A stretch of DNA of 64,000 nucleotides from IMG/VR virus record IMGVR_UViG_3300033068_001265, positions 28,517 through 92,516 of that record; one strand, written 5' to 3'. Under the pieces are notes generated by a model that saw only the letters and a program-made list of their open reading frames with translations, was not told where the DNA came from and did not search any database. The DNA is from a virus (taxonomy: Duplodnaviria > Caudoviricetes). This document shows, piece after piece, positions 55,089-63,851 of this stretch; positions within the stretch are counted from its first letter, which is position 1, and each line of letters starts with the position of its first letter. The translations under genes were made by a program, and so were the position numbers.

Positions 55089-57449
55089 TTGATGACCAAA
55101 AGAACCCCTCAGCCTAAGACCCCCCAACCTAAGGGCGTTGGCGACCATCCAGCCAAGGATGAAATGCGTGCTCTCTGGGAATCCGGGCTGCGAGGAAAGG
55201 CTATTGCTGAATGGCTAGTGGATAATGGACATCCACCTGTAGCACAAAAGATTATTGCTCGCTATGGTCAAAGGTTCTGGTCAGAGAAAGAAGTTCTAGA
55301 GTTTTCTGGTCCAGAAAAGGATCTAGCCGAAATCATGGAACAGGTCCAAGATTCGGGCGTCGGACGCGTTACCAAGTTCACGATTCGTAAGCAAACAGCA
55401 CCACGCTTAGAACAGGGTGTCCTAGTTGATAAAGAAACAACCACTATCGCAGCAGAGGTTGTTCCTTCAGTTGCACTGAATCAAGCCTCCATAGCGCCGA
55501 TTTCAATCCAGATCCCCTCAGAGCCCCCTAAAGGGCTTTCTAAGCCTAGTGGAACCAAGTTAGGGGTCTTCCTACCAGATATGCAGATAGGCTACCACAG
55601 GGGCACAGAGGGGGGTTTGACGACACTCCATGATGAGACTGCACTAGATGTAGCTTTTCAGATTGTTTCTTATCTGAATACCACCTACGCTGATGAGGGT
55701 GGAATCGATCTAGTTGTCTACGCTGGTGATAACTTAGACTTTGCTGAGTTCAGTTCTCATAGATCAGCCCCCGGGTACGTACAAACAACACAACTAGCTA
55801 TTGATAGAGCGGGGACACTCTGTGCTACAGGTAGGGCAGTTGCGCCAAAGGCGAAGCAAGTTTGGCTGGGGGGGAACCATGAGTGTTTAAGTGAGAACAC
55901 TCGTGCCATGACTAAATCTGGTCTGAAGTATTGGTGGGAACTAAAAAAGGGTGACTTGGTTCTATCCTGCGATGATCAGCAAAATGAACTCTGGGAACCT
56001 ATCCAAGCAGTTCATTTATATGATTATAATGGTGAACTCTGCACGTTTCCCGGCAGAACCGGGATGCAACTTACTCCAAACCATAGGATAGTTGGGTATA
56101 CCCCCAGTTCCATAGCTAAAGGAAATCCGAAGTGGAAAGAAGTGCTAGCTGGAGAGTTTACTGGTACAAGTGTTCCTACAGCAGTAAACAATCCCAAACC
56201 AGACTTTGATGGAATCTCTGATGATGAAATTCGACTTATGGCTTGGTGCCTTACTGATTCTCATATGACTAAACATGGTTATTGGAGATTTTTCCAAGCA
56301 GCAACTAAATCGCATAGGATTAAGAGTCTTTTGGATAGACTCGATATCTCCTATAAGGAGACGACCAAGAATAAACAGACTACTGAGATTTGTGGGAAAA
56401 GGCTCCGAAATCCACCTCAGGATGAAGACACCTTTTTTGTCCACGCCGAGTCCTCTAAATATATCACAACAATTATTTCATCTAAAGACTACCTACCAGA
56501 CAGTGTTTGGCAGTTCTCTCGTCGTCAGATGGAGATCTTCTATGAAGAATTGCAATACACTGACGGAACTCAACCCACCGGTGGGATTACATCTGGTGTA
56601 ATTTATCACTCTCGTGAAACTCGATATGATCTTCAAAGATTATTCATCCTCAATGGATACTGCTGCACTCTCACTGAATATCGACCAGGACACTGGAGAT
56701 TAAATATAGTAGATCGAAATACTACAAGAGTTGACCACAAAGAAAGCACCGAATACACTGGCAAGGTTTGGTGCTTGACTGTTGAAAATGGTCGATTCTT
56801 CGCTTGTGCTCAAGAAAAGGACGAGAATGACCTTCTAAAAGAGAAGCCATTTCTGACAGGGAACTCAAGATTTGTCAATAGCCTAACTGATAAGCTCCCC
56901 GGATTGGTCGGTCTTTCCACTGAAAATGACCTAACAAGAACCCCCGTGGTTTCAGTTCCATATTTGTTGAATATGTCCAAATATGGGATAGAATATATGG
57001 AAGGTTATCCAGATGGTGAGTACTGGGCGAATGACTTTCTCAGATTTGAACATGGATCTGTAGCTAGATCTGCTCCAGGTGCAACAGCAGCCAAGCAACT
57101 AGATACTGGAGTTTCCACTCTTCATGGACACATTCATAGGCGAGAGATCTTACATAAAAGAGTAAGCACAAAAACTGGTTCACGGATGATCTTTGCTGGT
57201 TCGCCTGGATGCCTCTGTAGGATAGACGGAACTGTTCCTAGTGCAAAAACTGGAATAAGAAGTGATGGTACTCAGGGCTCCTCAAGAGCAGAGAACTGGC
57301 ATCAAGGTATGTCGGTGTTCTGGTACGAAACCTCAGGCCGACAGCATTCTTGGGTAGAGCCCGTTGAGATTGAAGACGGTAAAGCATTTTTCCGTGGCGT
57401 CACATTTACCGCAACAGTAGATGAGAATGGGGCTTCCCTACATGGCTGA
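55089..57449 (+). CDS. calcineurin-like metallophosphoesterase with intein
   Basis: PDMQ, GDNLD, GNHE, EHG, GHIH. Confidence 0.9.
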   Translation: MMTKRTPQPKTPQPKGVGDHPAKDEMRALWESGLRGKAIAEWLVDNGHPPVAQKIIARYGQRFWSEKEVLEFSGPEKDLAEIMEQVQDSGVGRVTKFTIRKQTAPRLEQGVLVDKETTTIAAEVVPSVALNQASIAPISIQIPSEPPKGLSKPSGTKLGVFLPDMQIGYHRGTEGGLTTLHDETALDVAFQIVSYLNTTYADEGGIDLVVYAGDNLDFAEFSSHRSAPGYVQTTQLAIDRAGTLCATGRAVAPKAKQVWLGGNHECLSENTRAMTKSGLKYWWELKKGDLVLSCDDQQNELWEPIQAVHLYDYNGELCTFPGRTGMQLTPNHRIVGYTPSSIAKGNPKWKEVLAGEFTGTSVPTAVNNPKPDFDGISDDEIRLMAWCLTDSHMTKHGYWRFFQAATKSHRIKSLLDRLDISYKETTKNKQTTEICGKRLRNPPQDEDTFFVHAESSKYITTIISSKDYLPDSVWQFSRRQMEIFYEELQYTDGTQPTGGITSGVIYHSRETRYDLQRLFILNGYCCTLTEYRPGHWRLNIVDRNTTRVDHKESTEYTGKVWCLTVENGRFFACAQEKDENDLLKEKPFLTGNSRFVNSLTDKLPGLVGLSTENDLTRTPVVSVPYLLNMSKYGIEYMEGYPDGEYWANDFLRFEHGSVARSAPGATAAKQLDTGVSTLHGHIHRREILHKRVSTKTGSRMIFAGSPGCLCRIDGTVPSAKTGIRSDGTQGSSRAENWHQGMSVFWYETSGRQHSWVEPVEIEDGKAFFRGVTFTATVDENGASLHG
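55884..56864 (+). mobile_element. intein (327 aa, LAGLIDADG type)
   Basis: GNHE|CLSENTRAMTKSG...LTPNHRI...LMAWCLTDS...YTDG...VWCLTVENG...FLTGN|S. Confidence 0.92.
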
Positions 57450-57786
57450 TGACTTCTACCCAGAACCAGACTCAGAAGAAATCGACGTTCTGGAGATGGC
57501 TAAGTTTCTGAATGAGGATCTTATTCCACCTAAAGATGATGATGATGACCGTGATGATGATGAAATGCCTAATACTGGCGTTTATATCATTACAATAACA
57601 CTGGATCATGATAAGTTCGAACCCATCATCGATTTTGGAGGAGCCCCCATGTACATGGTCAAATCCCTCCTGAGTGATGCCATGGAGACATTACAAATGC
57701 TTTCCCCACCAGTTACGGTGCAATCGAATGGTGATGTTATTTTCTCAGCTAATTTTGATTTTGACCCAGACGAGGACGATGATTGA
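57442..57786 (+). CDS. acidic hypothetical protein
   Basis: Asp/Glu-rich; overlaps the phosphoesterase stop. Confidence 0.65.
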   Translation: MADDFYPEPDSEEIDVLEMAKFLNEDLIPPKDDDDDRDDDEMPNTGVYIITITLDHDKFEPIIDFGGAPMYMVKSLLSDAMETLQMLSPPVTVQSNGDVIFSANFDFDPDEDDD

Positions 57787-57805
57787 TTCCTACTAGGGCG
57801 GCGAC

Positions 57806-57920
57806 AATGTTGAAGCGGTACCGATACAGAGCTTATCCAACAAAAGGGCAAATAGACCCGAAACGGGTCGCGTGACCGTGCCGCGTAGGAATCCCTCATT
57901 TAGGTGGGGGAGGAAGTCAA
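57806..57920 (+). mobile_element. miniature internally deleted copy of the tnpB element
   Basis: 57806-57861 matches the tnpB 5' end with one mismatch; 57866-57920 matches the element right end through GTCAA. Confidence 0.92.
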
Positions 57921-57951
57921 AGTGCGCTGCGATCGCTCAGATCGAATCGGC

Positions 57952-57980
57952 TTGACTGGCGGCTCTGAACCGTCTAATAT
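57952..57980 (+). promoter_or_regulatory. sigma70/SigA-type promoter
   Basis: TTGACT-17-TAATAT. Confidence 0.7.
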
Positions 57981-57985
57981 GGGGA

Positions 57986-58138
57986 ATCTAGACTTGAAAA
58001 GCGACGAGGACGCCTAGTCTCATCTTACCCACCTAAAGATAGGATGGAAATGGTGAGGCCATCAGCATAATCGGTCATATATTATGATTTGTAATAGTTG
58101 CAGAAGGGCCTCCGAGTTGGGGGTCTTTCTGTATTTTT
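57986..58138 (+). ncRNA. candidate structured small RNA
   Basis: lies between a promoter and a terminator, has no credible ORF, and forms serial hairpins. Confidence 0.45.
58100..58138 (+). terminator. intrinsic terminator
   Basis: GCAGAAGGGCCTCC-GAGTT-GGGGGTCTTTCTGT followed by ATTTTT. Confidence 0.8.
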
Positions 58139-58178
58139 GGTGAAGAGTCCAGCCACCAAGCTCGGCTACCCCAAATCG

Positions 58179-58208
58179 TTGACAGAGGATCGCCGGACGA
58201 TGTACCGT
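58179..58208 (+). promoter_or_regulatory. sigma70/SigA-type promoter
   Basis: TTGACA-18-TACCGT. Confidence 0.55.
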
Positions 58209-58264
58209 CCTGTGACAACCCGGTCCTGCATCCTGGTTTCGAGTAGCCCATCTGAGAGGAATTC

Positions 58265-58465
58265 ATGACAACCAAGTATCCGGAAATAGAAGTTGAGTTA
58301 ATCGGCAGAGATGGTAACGCCTTCAGCATTATTGCCGCTGTTACACGTTCCTTACGAAGGAATAAGGTCTCTGAAGAAGAGATCTCTAGCTACAAGACTG
58401 AAGCAATGAATGGTGACTATAACCATCTGCTTGCGACAACGATGGATTGGGTGACTGTTCTATGA
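58265..58465 (+). CDS. conserved small phage protein
   Basis: LIGRDGNAFSII...GDYNHLL; AGAGG RBS. Confidence 0.75.
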   Translation: MTTKYPEIEVELIGRDGNAFSIIAAVTRSLRRNKVSEEEISSYKTEAMNGDYNHLLATTMDWVTVL

Positions 58466-58695
58466 GTGCCCTTGATTGGCACGACAAAGCTCTGTGTAGG
58501 GGTAAGACGAGCCTCATGTATCCGGTTAATCCAGTAGGTGGTAACTCGGACCAGTACGCTCAGGTCAGAAAAGCCGCTTTGAAACTCTGTTCTGAATGTC
58601 CTGTCAAAACTCCTTGTGCTAAGGCTGCTGAAAAGGAACGGTTTGGAATCTGGGCAGGGATCCCCAGGGATTCCCGAAATCGAGGGAGACTCTAA
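58462..58695 (+). CDS. WhiB-family transcription factor
   Basis: WHDKALC...CSECPVKTPC...GIWAG (four Cys plus G[IV]WxG). Confidence 0.9.
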   Translation: MSALDWHDKALCRGKTSLMYPVNPVGGNSDQYAQVRKAALKLCSECPVKTPCAKAAEKERFGIWAGIPRDSRNRGRL

Positions 58696-58943
58696 TGGGA
58701 GCAAAAAGCGAAAAATTAGAAAATGAAATAACGATCCTCAAGATGAGAATCAAGGGTCAAGAAATGGAATTAGTCGACTTGAAAGAGAAAAACTCTCTTC
58801 TTGAAGAAAGGCTCTTGTCTGTCATTAGACAACTAGATGAAGCCGAATTAGAGTTACTTAAACCCAAGATCCCCCTCCCAGACTATCGGTCTATGATGAG
58901 AGAAACCAAACAGACGATCTCTGAGTGGTTCCGGGTCTACTAG
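58695..58943 (+). CDS. coiled-coil hypothetical protein
   Basis: heptad Leu pattern; TAATG coupling. Confidence 0.6.
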   Translation: MGAKSEKLENEITILKMRIKGQEMELVDLKEKNSLLEERLLSVIRQLDEAELELLKPKIPLPDYRSMMRETKQTISEWFRVY

Positions 58944-59247
58944 TTAGATTATTGGCTCTTTGCCAAGCGATCCAATTAGGAGCTAATGATTGGGGAGCAA
59001 AAACTACACCCATAACCTCGTCGTAACGATCACAGATTCGGTTTTGGAGATCAGGTGATATCGGCAATCTGTGAGAAATGGTGTCTATTGTTCGCCAGAA
59101 GTTCTTAACGAACTCCGGACGATTCCAAAATAGAAACTTCTGAAACTTTCTGGTAAAAAAATTCATCAGCACACTCCTGACATATTCCCAGTGTTTTAGA
59201 TTGATGAAATGGTACACTGCCACAATTAAGGCACGCTTCATCTTCAT
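58891..59247 (-). CDS. hypothetical protein
   Basis: open frame; weak support. Confidence 0.35.
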   Translation of the reverse strand: MKMKRALIVAVYHFINLKHWEYVRSVLMNFFTRKFQKFLFWNRPEFVKNFWRTIDTISHRLPISPDLQNRICDRYDEVMGVVFAPQSLAPNWIAWQRANNLTSRPGTTQRSSVWFLSS

Positions 59248-59274
59248 CCAAATAATCTTCCCACTGACTACCCA

Positions 59275-59691
59275 TTAATACCTGACCTTAAGGTTGGCCT
59301 CTGGAAGGTTTCCAGAGGTAGTTTCTAATACATACGAAAAAGCTGACGGAGAGAACAGTGCCGTCCGATCACCAGCTGTTACACTCAAATGACGAAGGAC
59401 TGTACCTGTGTGATCATACCAAGCAATGTCCATATCAAACCGCATATCAACAGCTGTGAAAGGAACGTAAGACGGGGTCTCGTAAACAAACAGCATTCCA
59501 TCTACGGCTAGTTCTGATTGATGGGATAGTCCCGTTGACCTAGATTCCGGGGTTGCTGCAACAAACACCTCACGACGTTCACCGTTGATAAACTCAATGT
59601 CGAGAACGTTTGCACAGGCCAAGGAGCGAACAGCGGTTTGAATATCGGTCATAGCTTGAACCCATGACTCTGAACTCATTGAATCAACCAT
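59275..59691 (-). CDS. DUF192-family protein
   Basis: VAATPESRSTGL...GMLFVY...DMDIAW...YVLE. Confidence 0.8.
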   Translation of the reverse strand: MVDSMSSESWVQAMTDIQTAVRSLACANVLDIEFINGERREVFVAATPESRSTGLSHQSELAVDGMLFVYETPSYVPFTAVDMRFDMDIAWYDHTGTVLRHLSVTAGDRTALFSPSAFSYVLETTSGNLPEANLKVRY

Positions 59692-59914
59692 GGTAACTCA
59701 ACGACTCTTCACACATCACAATGCTTCTGTTCTGGTCAAAAAAAACCGTTCGGTCCCCGTGCATTCTGAATGTGTTGCTGGGGTGAAAGAGGGTCCATTC
59801 GTTATCATCCCAAATAGACCATCTAGTTATTTCCTTGCAATCGCACATTTTAATTTTGCCGGTAGGATCCGAAACATCCGAACCACATCCGAAGCAAAAA
59901 ATGCTAGTCATCAC
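59684..59914 (-). CDS. small Cys-rich hypothetical protein
   Basis: CFGC...CDC; overlap packing. Confidence 0.5.
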   Translation of the reverse strand: MMTSIFCFGCGSDVSDPTGKIKMCDCKEITRWSIWDDNEWTLFHPSNTFRMHGDRTVFFDQNRSIVMCEESLSYHG

Positions 59915-60287
59915 CTAACCCCCAATAAGATTTAATAGAAGTCAATGGAGTAAGATCCCTATTATACACTTGATGGGTTTTACTACTTAGAATCATGGAA
60001 TCTAAGGTAAAGAAAAAGGAGGGTAGCGGGATTTCGTACCATGTAAAAAAGGGTGGATCTTTCATTTGTTGGATTGCCATAAGACCACCATCAGTCATTT
60101 GGCTGACAAAGCCAAACAAGGTACTCTCATCTCTAACAGTATGAGAGGTCGCTAATCCACTAACCCCATTGCACTGAATGCAAGATGAGGGTTGGTTAAA
60201 TTCAGCCCAACCGGTGCCGCAGGAGAAGCAAAAGCAATGAACTCCGTACTCAACCGTCTTGCTGGATGTCTTGGCCACGTTCACCAA
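59904..60287 (-). CDS. hypothetical Zn-ribbon protein
   Basis: CFSC...CIQC. Confidence 0.5.
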   Translation of the reverse strand: MVNVAKTSSKTVEYGVHCFCFSCGTGWAEFNQPSSCIQCNGVSGLATSHTVRDESTLFGFVSQMTDGGLMAIQQMKDPPFFTWYEIPLPSFFFTLDSMILSSKTHQVYNRDLTPLTSIKSYWGLGDD

Positions 60288-60361
60288 CCAAACTTAGTCG
60301 CTGTGGGACGCTCAGAAACCTATAAGCTGGGCATCCTTGATGCTTTAACGTCTGGATTTGT

Positions 60362-60751
60362 ATGCTAAATTGGGGATGTGAATTTTTGGAGGATGGAAAT
60401 TTTGGGAGGCTCCACAACACAGAACCTCGTCACCTGACTTATCTTCCCATTGATTTGCTGTTAAGGATCGCTGATCCAAGGTTAATTCAAGAAGCACGAC
60501 TCCGTACTGAAAAAATAACAAAGTTAACAAGCGAAATTCAAGCTCAGGGACTATTGGTCCCCGGAACCTGTTACATGGATTCAACAACTCTGAGGTATCA
60601 AGACGGATACCATCGGTTAACCGCCTGTTTGAATTTAGGTTACCAAGAATTTCCCGTGGAGATCATTCCAGCCACATCAAAAATAAACGCTCGTGGATTA
60701 CCCCTGAATGAACTGGCGACACTCCTGATTCAGGAGCAGTTCGCTGCTTGA
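60362..60751 (+). CDS. ParB/Srx-like N-terminal domain protein
   Basis: LTSEIQAQGLLVP...DGYHRLTACLNLG. Confidence 0.75.
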   Translation: MLNWGCEFLEDGNFGRLHNTEPRHLTYLPIDLLLRIADPRLIQEARLRTEKITKLTSEIQAQGLLVPGTCYMDSTTLRYQDGYHRLTACLNLGYQEFPVEIIPATSKINARGLPLNELATLLIQEQFAA

Positions 60752-60776
60752 CACCCTTCCTCGACCTCTGTAACGT
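60748..60776 (+). promoter_or_regulatory. sigma70/SigA-type promoter
   Basis: TTGACA-17-TAACGT. Confidence 0.65.
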
Positions 60777-60802
60777 GCCACAACATCAAGAATTGGAGAA
60801 AG

Positions 60803-61069
60803 ATGGCAGCACCAAAGAATCGCAAGAAAGAAGTGTTTCAGCCTTCAAGGGCTGTTAAGAGAATTATTCCCTGCCAAGCTGGGTGGGCATATATCACTGA
60901 TGAATTAGAAAAGACTCATTACCTGAAGGTGGACTCTGATGAGTTCAGTGAGATTTGTTTGAAGGCGGATGAATTTTTTGATGGATTGATTTCGAGGGAA
61001 TTACAGAATCTGGGATGGTCTCACGTCACACAAAGAATGACGGACCTCTCATCAGAAGCTCTTCCATGA
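60803..61069 (+). CDS. hypothetical protein
   Basis: GGAG RBS; upstream promoter. Confidence 0.6.
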   Translation: MAAPKNRKKEVFQPSRAVKRIIPCQAGWAYITDELEKTHYLKVDSDEFSEICLKADEFFDGLISRELQNLGWSHVTQRMTDLSSEALP

Positions 61070-61693
61070 ACCATTTATGTACGCTTGGCGTGACCCAATG
61101 GTCTTCCATTGACCGTTCATAAAAACTTTCTGCATAGCGTTACTGGTCGCAACGCTGGCTGTCAGGACTGCTCCGGTAGCGTTGACCGGACTCATTGGAA
61201 TCGTGGAGTCAATTCGTACAATGACCGAAGGGACGGTCGCTGTGGCGGTGACGCTCTCAGCTGAGAGGGCGCTCCCCGCCCCCACCGTAGGAGACTGAAC
61301 CTGAATAGCCGCTCCCACCGCCGAAACCGAAATGTCTTTATCGGTTCGGATCGCAACCCCGGGAACGGCAACAACCGCGTTGATGGCGTCAGTGTCCACA
61401 GAAACGCTGGTTGTGGTAACAACACTGGGCGCTGGGATGGACGCTACGGCAGTCACGACAGGTGGACCTATCGCACTGTCAATAGACAGACTTGGTGCGC
61501 CAACTGAGATGGTCGACCCCACGGGAGAGGGGGTTACCGTGGCCGCTGTTGATACATCTACTGTCGCAGAAGGGACCCCAATGACCGCAGAAACATTGCT
61601 TGGTTCAACTATTGTCCCTGTAACAAGGTTCAGCCAGGTGATGACCTCATCCGGATCTGAGTTGAACACCGTCTGAGCCTCTCTGTCGGCCAC
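61052..61693 (-). CDS. tail-fibre-like protein or fragment with Val/Thr/Ser repeats
   Basis: about seven repeats of about 23 aa (e.g. VTPSPVGSTISVGAPSL); C-terminal VFMNGQWK..AYINGSWK. Confidence 0.55.
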   Translation of the reverse strand: MADREAQTVFNSDPDEVITWLNLVTGTIVEPSNVSAVIGVPSATVDVSTAATVTPSPVGSTISVGAPSLSIDSAIGPPVVTAVASIPAPSVVTTTSVSVDTDAINAVVAVPGVAIRTDKDISVSAVGAAIQVQSPTVGAGSALSAESVTATATVPSVIVRIDSTIPMSPVNATGAVLTASVATSNAMQKVFMNGQWKTIGSRQAYINGSWKSF

Positions 61694-61911
61694 CCCGACC
61701 CGGCGTCAGCCGATGAACTCGCCGACGAGACGCTGACGGTGCACGGATGCGACGGGTGCTGCCAGTCCGCCGTGTGGGGTGAGGCTGTCGGCGTGTGGTG
61801 GGACGTGTCGTAGACGCGGGAAAGCCCCGCACCCTGACCGTCGAAGGCAGGCGACGGGGGTGCGGGGCTGGCCTGCGGGGAGAGGCGGGCAACTCGATCC
61901 CCGGAGGCGTC

Positions 61912-62097
61912 CTATCGGGTGACGGCGACGAGGCCGAGATTAGCGCGGGGTCGGCGGGCAGGCAGCAGCAGCACCTTGGAGGCGAACTCGCCGAAGATGT
62001 CGGCAGGGAGGACCGAGTAGGCCGTGAAGGTCTCGCCGTCGACGTCGAAGACGACGGGAGGCTTCTTGGAGGTGAAGGACTTGACCGATTCCGTCAT
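61912..62097 (-). pseudogene. truncated tail-assembly-chaperone-like fragment
   Basis: MTESVKSFTSKKPPVVFDVDGETFTAYSVLPADIFGEF with high-GC codon usage, then abrupt loss of coding character. Confidence 0.45.
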
Positions 62098-62336
62098 GGG
62101 CCGGACCCTAGACCCCGACCCCCGACAAGCAGCATCCCGACGGCGGCCTTGTTGCGCCACCCGGTGAACAGATCCAGTCGGAGCCATGTCCCAGCATCGG
62201 GCTGCGGTGTCCATGTCCCGGTGAACAGATCCAGTCGGAGCCATGTCCCAGCATCGGGCTGCGGTGTCCATGTCCCGGAGAACAGGCTCAGTTCGAGCCA
62301 CGATCCAGCATCGGGAGTGGGGATGTTCTGCGCCAT
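62094..62336 (-). CDS. small repeat protein or fragment
   Basis: (TPQPDAGTWLRLDLFTG) three times; TAAATG coupling. Confidence 0.5.
   Translation of the reverse strand: MAQNIPTPDAGSWLELSLFSGTWTPQPDAGTWLRLDLFTGTWTPQPDAGTWLRLDLFTGWRNKAAVGMLLVGGRGLGSGP
62161..62316. repeat. 57-bp tandem repeat: two perfect copies and one diverged copy
   Basis: unit starts at 62161 and 62218. Confidence 0.92.
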
Positions 62337-63215
62337 TTAGAAGAACGTCTCCCCTGACGGAATCCATATCTTCCCGGACGCTGCGAACACCCGGTAGCGG
62401 TTCGTCCGCGCCGTCGGCAGCGAATCTGTCGCCCAACGGCCGCTCACCGGATCGAGCACGACCAACGCCCCCGTACTGGAGAGGAAGTAGATGTAGCCAT
62501 CAGGTCCCGGCGTCCACGACATCGCCGACATGGGGGCCGGGATCCCACTCGGGGAAGGCGCAGTCGCACCGATCGTCCCGGCCGAGATGTTGTGCCAACA
62601 GCACCCTGATGCGGTCAACCAGTAGACCCGTGACCCGATCGCCTGCCCCACCTGAGTCGTGAGCGGGGCGGCGGGCAGCGTCCAGGTGCCGATCGTGGCG
62701 CCCGAAGCAGCATCTATTGTCGTCAACGTCGACCCGGACACATGGCAGTACACACCCGCCTCGGCGGCGTTGACGGTGTTGACGTTCCACGACACAAAGA
62801 CGTTGGTGGAGATCCGGTACTTGAATCCCCATGAGCCGTTCGTGCCGAACACGTAGTCGCCGGTCGCCGACATGAGATTCGAGAACCACAACCCAGTTGC
62901 GATGATGGCAGTCGATCCACCTACCGGTTCGATGCGTTCGATCCGCGTCGGGTTGTTCGAGTCCGCCGTCCAGGCGTGCCCGTTGGCAGCCGCCATGCCC
63001 ACGGCGGCACTCCAGCCGCCCGAACCGCTCCCCGGGCTCAGTCCGCCGAACGAGCGGGCCGTCCCGTTGTCGGCATCGAAGATGGCGAAGTCCCCCGCGC
63101 CGTAGCTTCCCGAAACAGCGGTCGAACGGACGACGATCCACCGGTCGTCAATCACGCACCCCGAGTACGGGTTGCGGACCGAGAACTCGTCCAGTTCGAG
63201 ACCCGGCCATGTCAT
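62337..63215 (-). CDS. beta-propeller-like putative virion/adhesin protein
   Basis: Gly/Ser/Thr/Trp-rich blades (PGPDGYIYF, ASGKIWI); high GC3. Confidence 0.6.
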   Translation of the reverse strand: MTWPGLELDEFSVRNPYSGCVIDDRWIVVRSTAVSGSYGAGDFAIFDADNGTARSFGGLSPGSGSGGWSAAVGMAAANGHAWTADSNNPTRIERIEPVGGSTAIIATGLWFSNLMSATGDYVFGTNGSWGFKYRISTNVFVSWNVNTVNAAEAGVYCHVSGSTLTTIDAASGATIGTWTLPAAPLTTQVGQAIGSRVYWLTASGCCWHNISAGTIGATAPSPSGIPAPMSAMSWTPGPDGYIYFLSSTGALVVLDPVSGRWATDSLPTARTNRYRVFAASGKIWIPSGETFF

Positions 63216-63227
63216 GGAGTCAGTCTC

Positions 63228-63850
63228 TCATGCGAGTGGATAGCGGATGACCACGATGCCAGACCCGCCCGCTGCACCAGCGACGTTGCCACCAGTGTTG
63301 TTGCCAGACCTCGCTCCAGCCCCGCCGCCGAGCCCGTTCGTTCCGGCGACCGGGCTGCTCTGGCTACCGGCGCCTCCACCGCCAGCACCACCAGTGGAGG
63401 TCTGGGTGTACCAGCCACCACCACCACCACCACCCGCGTAGGTAACAGAAGAACCGGTGATACTGGACGCGGCACCAGCACCGCCGTTCGTGCCCGTCGG
63501 CGAGTCAGCGTTGTTGGCCGCCGCAGCTCCTGCTCCACCTCCACCAGCAGCACCACCGTCGCACCGAACGTCACAGACTGTGTGGCACCCGAAGTGGAGA
63601 TAGACCCGAATGCATATTTGCCGTAGTTGCCGGTGGCGTACATCCACCAGGCGACCCCGGACTGGCAACCGATGGACGTAGATATTTTCAGGCTTCCAGG
63701 ACTTGTGTAGATCAGTGCTCCACCCGTCGACGTGTTCAAGATGGACGTTTGGTAGCCGCCAACGCAGAACACGTACGCGCCACTCTGACCGACTCCAAGC
63801 GGACCTGCCGTCGGCGTGACCTCCAGCACCTCCGTCCCAGGGAAAGCCAC
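63228..63850 (-). pseudogene. chimeric or frameshifted tail-fibre gene: propeller-like N-terminus joined out of frame to a glycine-rich C-terminus
   Basis: frame A MAFPGTEV...SVTFGA switches near 63560 to frame B GGAAGGGG...YAGGGGGG...GGSGIVVIRY. Confidence 0.65.
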
Positions 63851-63851
63851 G

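Noticed and set aside
62161-62316. CRISPR array
   Set aside because: The repeats are contiguous with no spacers and are in-frame coding; no cas operon is present (the Cas4-like gene sits in a recombination module).
63212-63850. Single intact 212-aa gene
   Set aside because: Its C-terminal half (VVLLVEVEQ..., VVVVVV) is the out-of-frame reading of a Gly-rich domain, and there is no slippery heptamer at the junction.
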